Below are positions 33,150-46,045 of a DNA stretch of 64,000 nt, in pieces. The position numbers and the translations under genes were made by a program. Every line of letters begins with the position of its first letter. The first letter of the stretch is position 1. The DNA lies in contig CP142731.1 of the NCBI GenBank assembly GCA_036630325.1, forward strand, positions 434,001-498,000. The letters run 5' to 3'. This DNA comes from Vairimorpha necatrix. Lineage: Eukaryota. Below the pieces are notes generated by a model. It made no database searches, was not told the origin of the DNA, and saw only the letters and a program-made list of their open reading frames with translations.

Positions 33150-36100
33150 TGTGGTATTAACCACATGAGATTATTGACATCACAACGAATTTTCTAGAAA
33201 TTATTTTTGTATAAATAAAAATAATTCGTTTAGAGGCAATTATTTCAAGAAGAATGAACAACAACAAAAACAACAATAAATATGACAGCAACTACAAAAC
33301 TTAAATTAAACAAAATTATAAAGCTATAACAAATATAGTAGAGAGTTTTCTCAGTACGGGGAAGGTCCCACTGAGAAATACCACATTGAATTCAATAAGA
33401 AAATCTCAAGAGAAACAATCTACATATGAGATGCATCAAGATAGATATTATAAATTTGAATATACGATTAAAGGCACTAATATAAATATTAAGGAAAAAA
33501 TTTACAAAATAAAAAATATAAAAAAAGAATGTAACTTTCAGCATTTAGAAAAGTTCGAAAAAATTGCAAAAAGCAATAGTTGGACAGACCAACAAATGGC
33601 CTTAGTATAAAAAAGTCTACTTGACGACGATATAAAACATAACTTATCCGATGAAAGTTATATAAAATTGAGAAAGGAATTAAATGAAATTATCTACCTG
33701 AAATATGAAATAAAATTATTATGTAAAAGATTGGAAATTATTAAACAGGTAAATTTTTAACCATTGAAGAATATTACAATGAAATTGATCAAAAGATTAC
33801 CCTTTTAAGTAACGTTAACAATTATAGCAGTAAAGAGAGAGAAAGAAAAAAGAATGAGATCTTCGAAAATGGATTAGGAGAATTTACTAGTTTAGAATTG
33901 CTGAAACAGAATTTAGAAGGAGAATCTTTAAAAAATATTATAGGATATTAAAAAAAAATAGAAGAAGGAATCGTAATCCAAACCGAGATAAAGAATCTAA
34001 ACATTTATGAAAAATTGAGAGAAGGTAATCACAATAAGGTATATAATGAAGGAAATATCAATCATAACAAGTGGTGTTCGATACATAAATCTCGATCACA
34101 CAACACTCGAGAATGTTTTTTAAATCTAAAACAAAATAATTAAATAACAGAGAAGATAATAGTAAACAAACATATAATGAAACAAGGAATCTAATTATAA
34201 ACGAAGAAAAATGTAAAACCTTAGAGAATATTACGATTGAAGAAGAGTTCGATAACAACAAAATCAATCTAATTATTGACACTGGTTCGAATTACAATTA
34301 CGTCAATGAAGAAAGTGTTAATAAATATAAATTAACAGTTGAAGAAACTAAACCCATACTATTAACATTCAGGGGAGGAAAGAACGAAACTAGCAAAAAG
34401 AAAATTACACTAAATGTTAAAATTGCAAAAGGTCAATTTTTAGTAGATTTTTATGTTCTTCAAGAATTACTCGTACCTTTTATTTTAGGAAATGAATTTT
34501 TAGTGAATAATAGTTGCATGATCAATTATAAAAAAAGAATAGTTAGTATTAATGAGGATAACATAGTAGCAATGAAGGGAAGTGAAAGAACTACAGAAGA
34601 GCTATTAAATGATCAACTTAGTGAAAAGGTTTGTCTGTCAATTATTCAGGATTATCCGGAGTTGAATAAAGTTTTAAAGTTTTACATGGCCCCAAATTGT
34701 AAATTCTCAAGTATAAAAGCACCATGTTGCAAATTTTTTATTAAGAATAATAATAAAGTTATACAGTCTAAAGGATACCCTGTACCTGTTAAATATGTAC
34801 AACAAGGCCGTGAAGAAATAAACAGATTACTTAGGGAAGGTATAATCGAGGAAAGTAATTCGTTATTTACTAGTCCGGCATTCTTTATAAAAAAGAAAAA
34901 TAATGACTTACGACTAGTTGTAGATTATAAAAAGATAAATGAAATGTTGGAAAATGATCCTTGGGTGTTGCCTAAAATAGATGACTGTTTATTAGAAATG
35001 GGGAAAATCAATATTTTTCGCAGTTGGACCTACAAAACGGATTCAACCAAATAAAAATTGAAGAACCGAGTCAAAAATACACCGCTTTTATGTTACTAGG
35101 ACAGCAATATGAGTACAAAAGAGTCCCCTTCGGTATTAAGCCCGGACCTAAACTATTTCAACGATATATTTCAACCATACTTTCAGAGATACCAAATTTA
35201 TTCGTATACATTGATGATATTGTTATATTTAGCAATACAAAAGAAGAGCATCAGAAAATACTACTTAGAACATTACAAACATTACAAAAAAGTGAAGTCA
35301 AAATAAATTTTGAAAAGTCAAAGTTTTTTGTCCAAGAAATAGACGTACTAGGATTTAAGGTAAACGAAAAGGGAATATTTCCTAATACTAATTGTCTAAA
35401 CAATAAAATTTTCAGTCAAGAAATAAGAACTAAAAGAGATATTCAAAGGTTGATAAGTGTAATAAATTGGTATCGGAGATTTATTCCAAATTTGTCTACA
35501 AGAGTAAAGGATATTACCAACTTATTAAAAAACGATAAAAAAATGTTTTCTCAACACAAATGAAATAAACAATTGAAAAGATAAAAAATGAGATTAAAAC
35601 AAATGCAAAAATCGAATACCCTGATTATAAAAAGAAGTTTATATTAGAGACAGATGCCTCTGACACAGGAATTGGAAGCGTGTTGAGTGGGAAAGAAAGA
35701 GTTATAAGTTATTACTCGAAAAGGCTTCATGCCGCAGAATTGAACTATAGTATAGTAGAAAAGGAATATCTTGCTATGCAACTGTCCATGATTCATTTTA
35801 AGAAAATAATACAAGGGACTTACGTAGAAATATACACCGATAGTCATAACTGTACATTTGATAACAAGAGTTCTGCATCAAGAATAAACAGATGGAAACT
35901 CTAATGGACGAATACAATTATTAAACATACCACATAAAAGGAGAAATAAATGTTGTTGCAAATGTTTTATTCAGATGTTTATATTCAAGTATAGATGATA
36001 TAAAAATAATATGAGCAAGAAGTAAATAATGCTAGACTTTAAAGTTGACAATAAAATACAATTTGACAACAAAGGAAAGATAATTATAGACAATAACAAA

Positions 36101-37252
36101 TCCGAAGAATTTTTAAAAACAATACATGAGTTGGGAGGACATAGAGGAATTACCTGTATGTATTATAATATATAGAATTATTTATATATAAAAAACATTG
36201 TTAAGAAAATACATCAAGTTGTTAAAAATTGCACAACATGTACTAGAGTAAAGATAAAAAATATTAAAACTGACAAAAACAATAACATCGAAAGTAGGAA
36301 AGCAATAGAACGGATTTCAACAGACATATATGGTCCATTTAATGTTAAAGATTATAAGTCGGATTTTTAGGAGAGACAGGATACATATTGTCCATAACAG
36401 ACTTATATACGAGATTTACGAATTTAACCGTGTTTGAAAAGGTTAATACGAGGAAAGTCATTAGAGCTATTGATGAATGGATTGAAAGATTTGAAAGCCC
36501 AAAGTACATTATATCCGATAATGGCAAACAGTACGACAACCAAGAATTAAGAAACTACTTTATGAATAAAAAAATAAAGCAAATATTAGTACCTGAATTC
36601 ACGCCATCATCAAACGGCACTTCAGAAAGATTAAATAAATACATATCGTTTTCGCTAACTATAAATAAAGGAAAGAGTTTAAAACAGGTAGTGAATAAAA
36701 CTGAGAATAACATATATGTCAATTATAATAGGACAATAAAAGCTTCTCCAAGAGCCTTAGCCAAAGGATATGATTTCTATGACGTCCTAGGAATATATGA
36801 ACCAAGAAAAATAATGTATAAAAAGAAAAAATTAAAAAAAAATCAATGTTGGAGTCTTGGTATATAAGCGAAATTTAAGAGCCCGAAAATTGAACCCACA
36901 ATTAAACCGCAAATACAAAAAGTGATTAAAGTCGGAGCAAAGGGATTTTGGATCAAACTATCAGATGATTATGGACGGACTCACGTCAAAAATGTTAAGC
37001 TGGTTAGGTAGGGTAGTATAGGTATTAACCACATGAGATTATTGACATCTCAACGAATTTTCTAGAAATTATTTTTGTATAAATAAAAATAATTCGTTTA
37101 GGGGCAAGTATTTCAAGAAGAATGAACAACAACAAAAACAACAATAAATATGTTAGCAACTACAAAACTTATATTAAACAAAATTATAAAGCTATAACAA
37201 ATATAGTAGAGAGTTTTTCAGTACGGGGAAGGTCCCACTGAGAAATACCACA
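33150..37252 (+). mobile_element. Degenerate Ty3/gypsy element, palindrome-PBS type
   Basis: LTRs 33150-33385 and ~37017-37252 with several differences; TSD CCATG; TTGAATTCAA directly after the 5' LTR; PR (DTGS), RT (YIDD), RH and IN fragments. Confidence 0.92.
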
Positions 37253-37359
37253 CCATGACTTTATGATTTTTATTTTATTTGTTTGTTTTTTTATTTTTTT
37301 TTTCTGTTTATTTATTTTTAGTATAAATATTTATTTTTGAAAGAAGGGGAACAAGAAAT

Positions 37360-38627
37360 GGGAGGTGAGGTACCACAGTACCCCCCCCTCTGAGGATGTT
37401 TACTTTATTTTTTCGAACCCCAAAAACGAAGTGCAAAAAAGGTGGAGCAGGATGGGGACAAAAATTACTAAAACTTTATGATAGTAAAAATACATAATAA
37501 AATAATGAATGACTTAAAATTGAATTTTAAACCAAATTTTGTTTCTAAATATATGATATAAAAAAATTAAAATTTATACAAATTTATTTACTTTATCCTA
37601 GTTTTTATTTAATAGCGCTTAAAAATGACAGATTTCTATAGGGATGTCGAGAAAATAATGGAAAAATGATTTTAAGTACATTAGAAGGCAGATTTTGTCT
37701 ATTATGTCTTGGAAATGTACATCGACGTTTGGAAATACAAAATCAAATGCGTTGTGCCACAAAAAGATGTCGAAAAGAATATATAATTTCGAAAAAGAAG
37801 CCTTTTTTTATGCTAAATTGTCTTGGTTAAAAATATGCCAGGTTCTATATCTATTGTTTGAAAATACAACATTCAGAATGATAAAAAACCTACTTAATAT
37901 CCACAAAAAAAACAATCTATAGAATTATCAGAAAATGTAGTAAACATATAACTGGCAATAAAAAAAATAGGAAGTTCAGGTATAGTTGTAGAGATTGATG
38001 AATCTAAATTCGGAAAGAGAAAATACAACAAAGGCCAGAAAGTTGACGGTGTGTGGGTAATTGGGATGGTGGAAAGAACAGCCGAAAGAAGTCTAGTGCT
38101 TCTAAAAGTAAAAAACAGAAAAGCCGAAACTTTTGAAAGATTAATAAAAAAATTTGTAAAACCGGAAGTATTATATTTACCGACTGTTAGAAAGGTTATT
38201 AAATTTAAATTAATTGGGGTTGTACGAACACTACACTGTTAACCATTCTCTTGGTTTTATAAATCCAGAGAATGGTGTTCATACTAACACGATTGAAGGG
38301 ACATGGGCTGGTGTCAAAAGAGTGATTCCTGCCAGACATCGGACTGAAAAGGATATAAATCGTTATCTTAATTTATTTACTTTTAAAAGAAATAAACCTA
38401 TAAATACGTTCGAAATGTTAATAATTAAAGGAATTTTACTAATTCATCTTATTTTAAAATCAATTTTTATATCTAAATATATAATTAATTATGCATTTTT
38501 ACTATTATAAAGTTCTAGTAATTTTTGTCCCCTCCATGCTCCTCCTTTTTTTGCACTTCGTTTTGGAGGTTCGAAAAATAAAGTAAACACCCTCAGAGGG
38601 GGGGGGGTACTGTGGTATCTTACACCC
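37360..38627 (+). mobile_element. Merlin DNA transposon with frameshifted transposase
   Basis: ~110-bp imperfect TIRs starting GG; 8-bp TSD CAAGAAAT; VEIDESKFGKRKYNKG, VNHS, HTNTIEGTW motifs. Confidence 0.92.
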
Positions 38628-38841
38628 CAAGAAATTAATAAGAGCAATAACCAACACAAAGAAAACGGTTAGAAAAATAAAAAGAAATTTAATAAAAATA
38701 TATTAGAAATTTATTTAAAAAATGGGGATCTAACCCCGGCTCATCACAAGTATAAATACCCCTAGGAATGTACTTAGTATTGATATACGCAACTAGAGTA
38801 TAGAGTTTCATGAACTTAGATGGAGCAAATTTCAAAGTACC

Positions 38842-41800
38842 TGTGACACGGGCTGCTCAGTGTGTCTAAAATGAGTTTTTACTAAACTGTTTATCTGTTT
38901 GTCGCTCTCTCATAACTCGGCGAAGGGCTGGAAATTCATCCTTTTATGTTTAATTTTTAATTAATGTCAAAGTGGTCAAGAATAGGAGGGAAAAGTATTC
39001 TAATAAAGAAAATCTTGAGCTTATGGCATTATAGATAAAAACATACACTTTATGGTTCGTCTTTTGTTTGGCGAGGATGACGCATTTGTTTACGCCGCTG
39101 GCTCGGCTGTAATTGAGATTTGACAGCCGGGCGATTTGAATTTAGAAGTATTTTTTTATTTCAAGAGCCCGAGGAAGGTCGTCGTGTGACACTCTCCCCT
39201 CCTCTCGGATGATCCATTCTGTTGGATCCGATTCTTCCATTAACATGATATCCTTCCTGTTTACTTTGATGATATTTCCATCTAGTGATTGAATTTTATA
39301 ACATCCACCCTTTAGCACTTCGGTAATTTTATAAATTCTTCAAACTTTGTGGCCAATATGTTCATTTTCTCAACTGCTGTTTTTTTTCTCCATATTATGT
39401 CTCCTTCTTGGAGATCCTCTGTATCGTTTCCTTTTTTTATTTTACTGATTTCTGCTTGTCTAATATTTTTCTCTCTTTCTAACCATAATTTCCGTGCCAA
39501 ATTTATTCTTTCGAATATTAGATCATTCGGTTCTTCGCTATCTATTATTTCATCATTGATGCTTGTCTGCATGTTTGGGACTCGTCCGTATAGTAGTTCG
39601 TATGGGGAAACTTTCGTTGCAGCCCTGGGGGATAATCTTACCGCATATAAAACGTATGGTAGATATTCATCCCAGTTGGTACTTATCATCTTAGCTAGCT
39701 TCCCAATTAAAGTTTGGTTTAATCTCTCCGTTGCACCGTTACATTTAGGATTAAAGGCTAAGTAGTTAATTTTTTTGATCCCATTATTTCGCAAACCTTT
39801 TTTACTGTCGAGTTTACAAATTCTTTCCCTTGATCGGAGATAATTTCTTTTGGTGGCCCGTGTTGTGTGAATATTTCATTTAGAATGAATTTCGCAACAT
39901 TTATCGCTGTCTTTGATTTTATAGCTTGGCCAAAGGCCACCTTGTAAGATAATCTGTAGCACAACTATATATCTGTTTACATCCGTCGTTTTTGGTAACG
40001 GGCCTACTAAGTCTATCCCGATTTTATCTAGTGGGTTAGTAAATTGGATTCTGAACTTTGTAATTTCTGCGGCCCTTTGTTGAATTTGTTGCATAATTCG
40101 CAGTTTTTTATTGTATCTTTAATATCTTTGTACATCCAGTCCAAGCAACTTGTCTGAGGACCAATGTATATGTTGCTTCTACTCCTCCATGTCCACAGTC
40201 GCAATGAATTCTAAACATCAATTCAAGTTTTTTTGTCTTCGATAAATCTGGTCTTTTCTTGGTTAATTTTATGTTATATATGATTTTTTTGCTTAGTGTA
40301 TCTGCGATTATGTTTTCTGAACCTTTTATGTGTTCTACCACAAAATTAAAATCTTGAATCTGTAGTATCCATCTCATCAGTCTCCCGCTTGTCTCTTAAA
40401 GACTTAACAGCCATTGTAATGATTTGTGGTCTGTTCTTGTGGTGAACTCGTTAGATAAGTATATTCTACTTTTTTTACTCGCCCATAAAATTGCAAGGCA
40501 TTCCTTTTACGTTACTGTGTAGTTTTTTTCTGCTGGTGACAATTTTCTTTACAGGAAAAATATGGGCCATAGTCCGTCTTCGTATTCTTGTATTAGCGCA
40601 GCTCCTACGGCCAAATCTGCTGCATACGTGTATAGTATAAATCTCTTTTTGAAATCTAGTAACGTTAGTACTACTGAATCAATGATCTCTTATTTTACTT
40701 GGAGAAACATTTGTCTTGTCTTATCGTTAAATCTTAATTTATCAGCTTTTTCCCCTTTGATGCTTTCGTATAACGGAACCATCTTGGCCGCATAATTTTT
40801 TATAAATCGGCTGAAAAAGGATGTAAATCCCATCCATGCTCTAACGGATTTCTTCGTTTTCGGCTCTGCAAATTTTAAAGCTTTGGTTTTCTGTTTCGGG
40901 GGTATTATCATTTCGCCCTTCGTTATCTCGTAGAATAGAAATTCTACTTTGGTTTTGAAGATATTGCATTTTTTATGTTCAGTTTGGAACCAATGTCTTT
41001 TATAATTCGGAATGCCGTGTCTAAGTGTAAAAGGCGTTCTTCTTTGGTTTTTGAATAGATTAGAACATCCTCCAGATAAATTACTACAAATTTATGTAGT
41101 ATTTCTTTGAATAGCCTATTCATAATTTTCTGGAAAGTAAATGGTGCGTTTATTGATCCAAACGGCATTCGTTTCACAGAAGATGCCTTCTCTTGTGTAA
41201 AATACCGATTTCTTCTTATCCCCATCTCTTAGATATACTTGGTGATAACCACTCTTCATGTCTAACGTGGTGTAGTACAGTGCTCCAGATAGTGAATCTA
41301 AGGTTTAATCGATTGTGGGATTGGATGCTCCATTTTAACTGTTAATTTATATAATTTGCGGCAATCAATGCAGAACCTAGGCTTTTACCTTATTTCTTTA
41401 CTATTACTACAGATGAAATGAAATCGCTATTACTTTATTCAATAAGCCCACACTCTAAAATTTTATTTACTTCTTTCTTAAACTCATGTTCTTCCATAGA
41501 ACTTTTTTATTTCACACATGTTATTTGACCGGGCAGTGGATAAGTTCGATCGTGTGCTGTAAGTCTAATGTATTCTTTGTGCTGCTTTCTTTAAAAATTT
41601 ATTATATTTGTTTAACATGCTTCGTATTTCGTCGATGTGTTCTTTAAAAAAAAGTTTTATCTAATTTCTAATCTTCTATATTAACTTCTGGTGCTTTTTC
41701 TTGTTGTTCATGTACCTGTTTTGAAACTAAGACTATCCTTTGTTCGTTTAGGTTCTTATTTTTCTTTCTGTTTGGTTATATATTTTGAAAGGTCTATTTC

Positions 41801-42030
41801 GGGGAATCCAAGAATAATTTCCTCGTCGACGTTTTCTAGCACTTGACATTATGAGGTTTTATGTCTTTCTTTATTTTTATGTATGGGGGTTTGTCCATAT
41901 ATTTTCATTTGCCCACTTATTCCCTTGATTGTAAATTTTGCTACAGTTATCTGTAATTTACATCTCCCTGCTATATTCTTTCTGATTATTGACTCAGCTG
42001 CTCCTATAATTAAAAATGTGTTTATTTTTC
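38842..42030 (-). mobile_element. Degenerate 5'-truncated Ty3/gypsy element related to the 27.9-kb element
   Basis: 3' LTR 38842-39191; PPT 39192-39206; integrase (IGIDLVGPLP, HGPPKEIISDQG), RH and RT (MPFG, IYLED) fragments. Confidence 0.88.
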
Positions 42031-42244
42031 TGTCAAAACTATCATAGAATTTTCTAGAGAAATATTTGTTATAAATAAAATCTCAGAAAGGAAGGGCACA
42101 AAAAAAAGGAGACATATGAGAGAAGAAGAGACTAAACAAGCTAAAGGAGCTTTGAACAACATATAATAATAAATAAAGATATTTATATTAAAAAAATTTT
42201 AGAGTTGTATTTACTCACCGGGGAAGTTGGCCCTAGATACCACA
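42031..42244 (+). mobile_element. Partial LTR related to the LTR of the 42578-44844 element
   Basis: Shares tgtcaaaact..., aaggaagggcac and terminal gataccaca with that LTR, in the opposite orientation. Confidence 0.7.
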
Positions 42245-42577
42245 GTACTTTATCAATTACTAATTTTGTTTTAGCAACTTCACCTTTTAGCTCTTTATTT
42301 ATTTCCTCCATATGCCTTTATACTACCGATAATTTTTAGCGTTGTTCTTTGGTCAAATATAATTTCTCTGTATTATTATCTTCATATCTATTAAAGAGCT
42401 CTTTATTACTCAAAACAAGACCTAATTTATATACTACATGTTTTTCCAACCAAGATTTAAATTCATCTTCCAAATTTTTAATGTCTCTAATTCTAATTGA
42501 CACGCTTCTGGCATTTCTATCGTAAAATTTCTATATTCTCTCAGTGTATTTATCAACAATGCAAATATCGAACAAAC

Positions 42578-44844
42578 TGTGGTATCCCGGGGAAACCCTC
42601 CCGGTTATAAAGTAATATTCTAAAATACTTTTAATAAATTGTTTTTTATTTGTTACAGTCCCTCTGGACTCTCTAACATGACGCTCTTTGGTCCTCTCAT
42701 CCATCTCCTTTTATGTGCCCTTCCTTTTCTGAAAATATATTTATAGTAAATTTTATTCATGAAAATTCAATGAGAGTTTTGACAGGGAGAGAAATAAAAT
42801 AAATGTTGAAGACTAACAGTCTACAACATCCTGCCCCCTCTCAAAGCTTTAGCTGTTTCCTGTGAAACCATCCTACTAATCCATGTACTTTGTACCATAA
42901 TCCATTTTTTCCCTTTTTGCACACCTTGTATGGTCCTATAAATTTTTTATCAAGTTTGTTTCTTGAAAAATTCTTCACATAAACAATGTCTTCGTTTTTT
43001 GGCACCTGGTCATAAATTTTTTACCTTGATCATTTTATTTCTAGATCTCTCTGTATTGGTATTTCCCTTTTTTTCTAAAAGGATCATAAAATCTTATATC
43101 GGTACTTTTATCTCGATATTTTACTACAGTATCGAACTGCTCTTTTAATTTTTTATTAGTAGTTTTAACAGCATTACATTCGCCTACTACTTCCATAATT
43201 TTATTATTTTTAATCCAACTACCTTTTCCAAATGCTTTATTTCTTTCATTCTTTGGTTTATTCCTGATATATTTAATATTAAAATCTTTAGTTTTCGCTG
43301 TATAATTTTTTACTTTTATCTTATCTTCTTTTTCGATTTTTTTATCTTCCACTATGCAAATTCTTTCAATCATTGCCTTGTCTGATGTCTTTTCTTCTAT
43401 TTCTTGGTATTCAATAAATTTAATCAATTTATTATCACACATTACCACTTTATTTTTGTAGTCTAGAATACAATTATTACCAAATAAAAAATCTCCACCT
43501 AAGATTACCTCATGCATACATTTATCAAAAATATATGGCTTAATAGTGTAATCTCTATCTACACCTTCAAATTTAAAATTAAATTCTGTTGATCTATTAG
43601 TAGCCATCACCTCGCCATTTGCTATAACTGTTTTAATTAACTTATTCTTTTTTGACTTTAAATTTAATTTATGGACTAGTTCTTTAGATATGAAGCTTCT
43701 GCTAGCTCCACTATCAAGTAATGTTTTTATTTTTAAGCCATTTATTTCGGCTCTTACCCTCGTTTCACTGATGGGATCTTTCACTTCTTCCATAATATTC
43801 ATTTCATCACTTCTTGTTTGGCGGTTATCATAATGCGCCTTTTTATCTTTATTTAGAAAACAATCAACTGAGTTGTGCCCATTGTGCTTACAATATCTGC
43901 ACCATTTCTTTTGTACAGGGAAATTATTGTCCCTAAAATTATTAGTAGCTTCTTCGTAGTTTCTCATATCCATGTTGTTGTTTCTTAACTTTAAAATTTC
44001 TTCCTCCATCGTCTTTAACTTCTTCATATATGCATCCAAATTATGCACATCAAGACTTTCAATTAGTATTCTCTTCGTTTTGCTACCTAAACCCTTCTTG
44101 AAGCATTCCCATAGCTTCCTGTTGTATTCTTCTCTGCTTATCTTATGGGCAATACTATAATATTTTATATAACTATTGATGTATTCATAATACTCACTTA
44201 TCGACTCAAAATTTTCTTGTCTTGCACTGGATAATTTATCAATCCATTCTTCCGCTCTATCAATACTATAAACTCTACTTAGAATTCTTTCGGTAATTTT
44301 ACTTAATTCTCCTTTAAATACTTTATCATCAATTGACTTATCACTTATTAAATCTCTTAGGATGAGCTCATACTGCTCACTGTTCCATTTATTTCTTAAA
44401 CTTATTTTTTCGAATGTTTCTAGCCATTCACACATATCAAAACTATAAATATCCTCTATGATATTTAACTCGGTCTCGATCTTCATATCCGTTCCTATAA
44501 CGGTGTAACTTAATTTCACTTTCTTCTTGTTAACCTCACTATGGTTAATCTTTTTGTAGCTCGTGCTCAAAATACTCGCACTTGAATTCAAGCTGTGGTA
44601 TCCCGGGGAAACCCTCCCGGTTATAAAGTAATATTCTAAAATACTTTTAATAAATTGTTTTTTATTTGTTACAGTCCCTCTGGACTCTCTAACATGACGC
44701 TCTTTGGTCCTCTCATCCATCTCCTTTTATGTGCCCTTCCTTTTCTGAAAATATATTTATAGTAAATTTTATTCATGAAAATTCAATGAGAGTTTTGACA
44801 GGGAGAGAAATAAAATAAATGTTGAAGACTAACAGTCTACAACA
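42578..44844 (-). mobile_element. Non-autonomous 2.27-kb LTR element encoding only Gag and protease
   Basis: 251-bp LTRs (44594-44844; 42578-42828) with no difference found by eye; TSD CAAAC; PPT 42829-42842; no RT, RH or IN core. Confidence 0.92.
43041..44720 (-). CDS. Gag-protease polyprotein (559 aa)
   Basis: CCHC knuckle WCRYCKHNGHNSVDC; LLDSGAS; ILGGDFL; starts inside the 5' LTR. Confidence 0.88.
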   Translation of the reverse strand: MDERTKERHVRESRGTVTNKKQFIKSILEYYFITGRVSPGYHSLNSSASILSTSYKKINHSEVNKKKVKLSYTVIGTDMKIETELNIIEDIYSFDMCEWLETFEKISLRNKWNSEQYELILRDLISDKSIDDKVFKGELSKITERILSRVYSIDRAEEWIDKLSSARQENFESISEYYEYINSYIKYYSIAHKISREEYNRKLWECFKKGLGSKTKRILIESLDVHNLDAYMKKLKTMEEEILKLRNNNMDMRNYEEATNNFRDNNFPVQKKWCRYCKHNGHNSVDCFLNKDKKAHYDNRQTRSDEMNIMEEVKDPISETRVRAEINGLKIKTLLDSGASRSFISKELVHKLNLKSKKNKLIKTVIANGEVMATNRSTEFNFKFEGVDRDYTIKPYIFDKCMHEVILGGDFLFGNNCILDYKNKVVMCDNKLIKFIEYQEIEEKTSDKAMIERICIVEDKKIEKEDKIKVKNYTAKTKDFNIKYIRNKPKNERNKAFGKGSWIKNNKIMEVVGECNAVKTTNKKLKEQFDTVVKYRDKSTDIRFYDPFRKKGKYQYREI

Positions 44845-46045
44845 CAAACATACCTAGAATCGCTCCCTATTTTCATACCAAGATCTGGATATATTTTTTT
44901 TTCATTTTTATGTTTAGGAATTTCCACGAATTTAGACTCAAGGGGTATAATCTTAACCCGCCTCCATAATGCATAATCAGTTGAGGAGAAGAAAGACAGA
45001 TCGTCCATGGCAATAACAAAATTAGTTCTTAATTTAAATCTTACTATAAAATTATCATATAAATTTCGAGCTGATATTTCATCTGAACCACATAATTTTT
45101 TAATGAATTCTGTTTTCAATTTACCAGCCTCTGGTTCAGAAACAAATGCTACCTTAATTGTTTTTAGTCCCTTGACAACGGGATTTGCAGTATTCCCGTT
45201 ATTACTTTCATTCGAAAAAAAACTTGACTTTAAAGTATCTGAAAACCTTCCAAAAACTAATGATAAAGAACGCATTAAAAGACTCTTTCCATCACTTCCT
45301 ACTCCTGTAAAAAATAATAAATTATCATTTGGTTTCCTACTATCCAACCAGTTTGCCATAGTGATTACTGCATATTTAAATACATTGGGATCAGAGAAAA
45401 TTGACTTTAACAGACTAAATGCCTTATGTGTATCTTCATCTTTTTTATAGTCAAAGTCGAAGCATTTGGAAAATAAATCGGCATCGGTGTATGCCCGACC
45501 CAAATACGTCTTCAAATCATATACGCATGTCTTCATCGGCAACACGTAAAGTCTTTGTCAAGTTTTTCTTCAAAACTCGAATCATCCATAGATAAGTATA
45601 ATCCCTACATGGCCTCCCCAGCCAAGCCTGCTCGGTCTATATCAGTCACAAATCTGTACCTTGCCCTTGCTAAATGGACTTCAATCTCATCACTTTGTAC
45701 AAAGTCAGTGAATGCCCGTAAAAAAATCCTTTAATGAATTAACAATAGCTGAATTAAGGCCTTTACTAGACACCTTCTTCCATATATACCTTTCTCGTTC
45801 AAAGAGTTGTAAGTTAGACAATTTAAATTTTTTAAAATAAGATGACAATTTAGATATTTCCTCCATTACTTCACCAACTGGTGTTCTAATGATCTTCAAT
45901 AATAATTTCATCTCGCTTTCTGTATATTTAGATATTATTTCATCCATTAACAATATTTGCTCTAAATTATCACACTTAGATTCACTTCTAGGAATCGCAG
46001 GTGGATTAATTTTAATTAACTTATTATAAATTTTGCTGTTATCTT

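Larger units (their letters stand above)
33130..38748. mobile_element. Solo-LTR-like element (~240 bp once emptied) hosting a nested gypsy and a nested Merlin
   Basis: Termini TGTTATGA...TCATCACA with 5-bp TSD AGTAT (33125-33129; 38749-38753). Confidence 0.75.
32540..38841 (-). pseudogene. Mutator/MULE transposase remnant in two pieces (38754-38841 and ~32540-33124)
   Basis: GTLKFAPSKFMKLYT...; DFELALRKAF..FP....GCNFHFSQIIYRKVQ; WNV*ERTLNKLPKITNSLEEFH. Confidence 0.8.
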
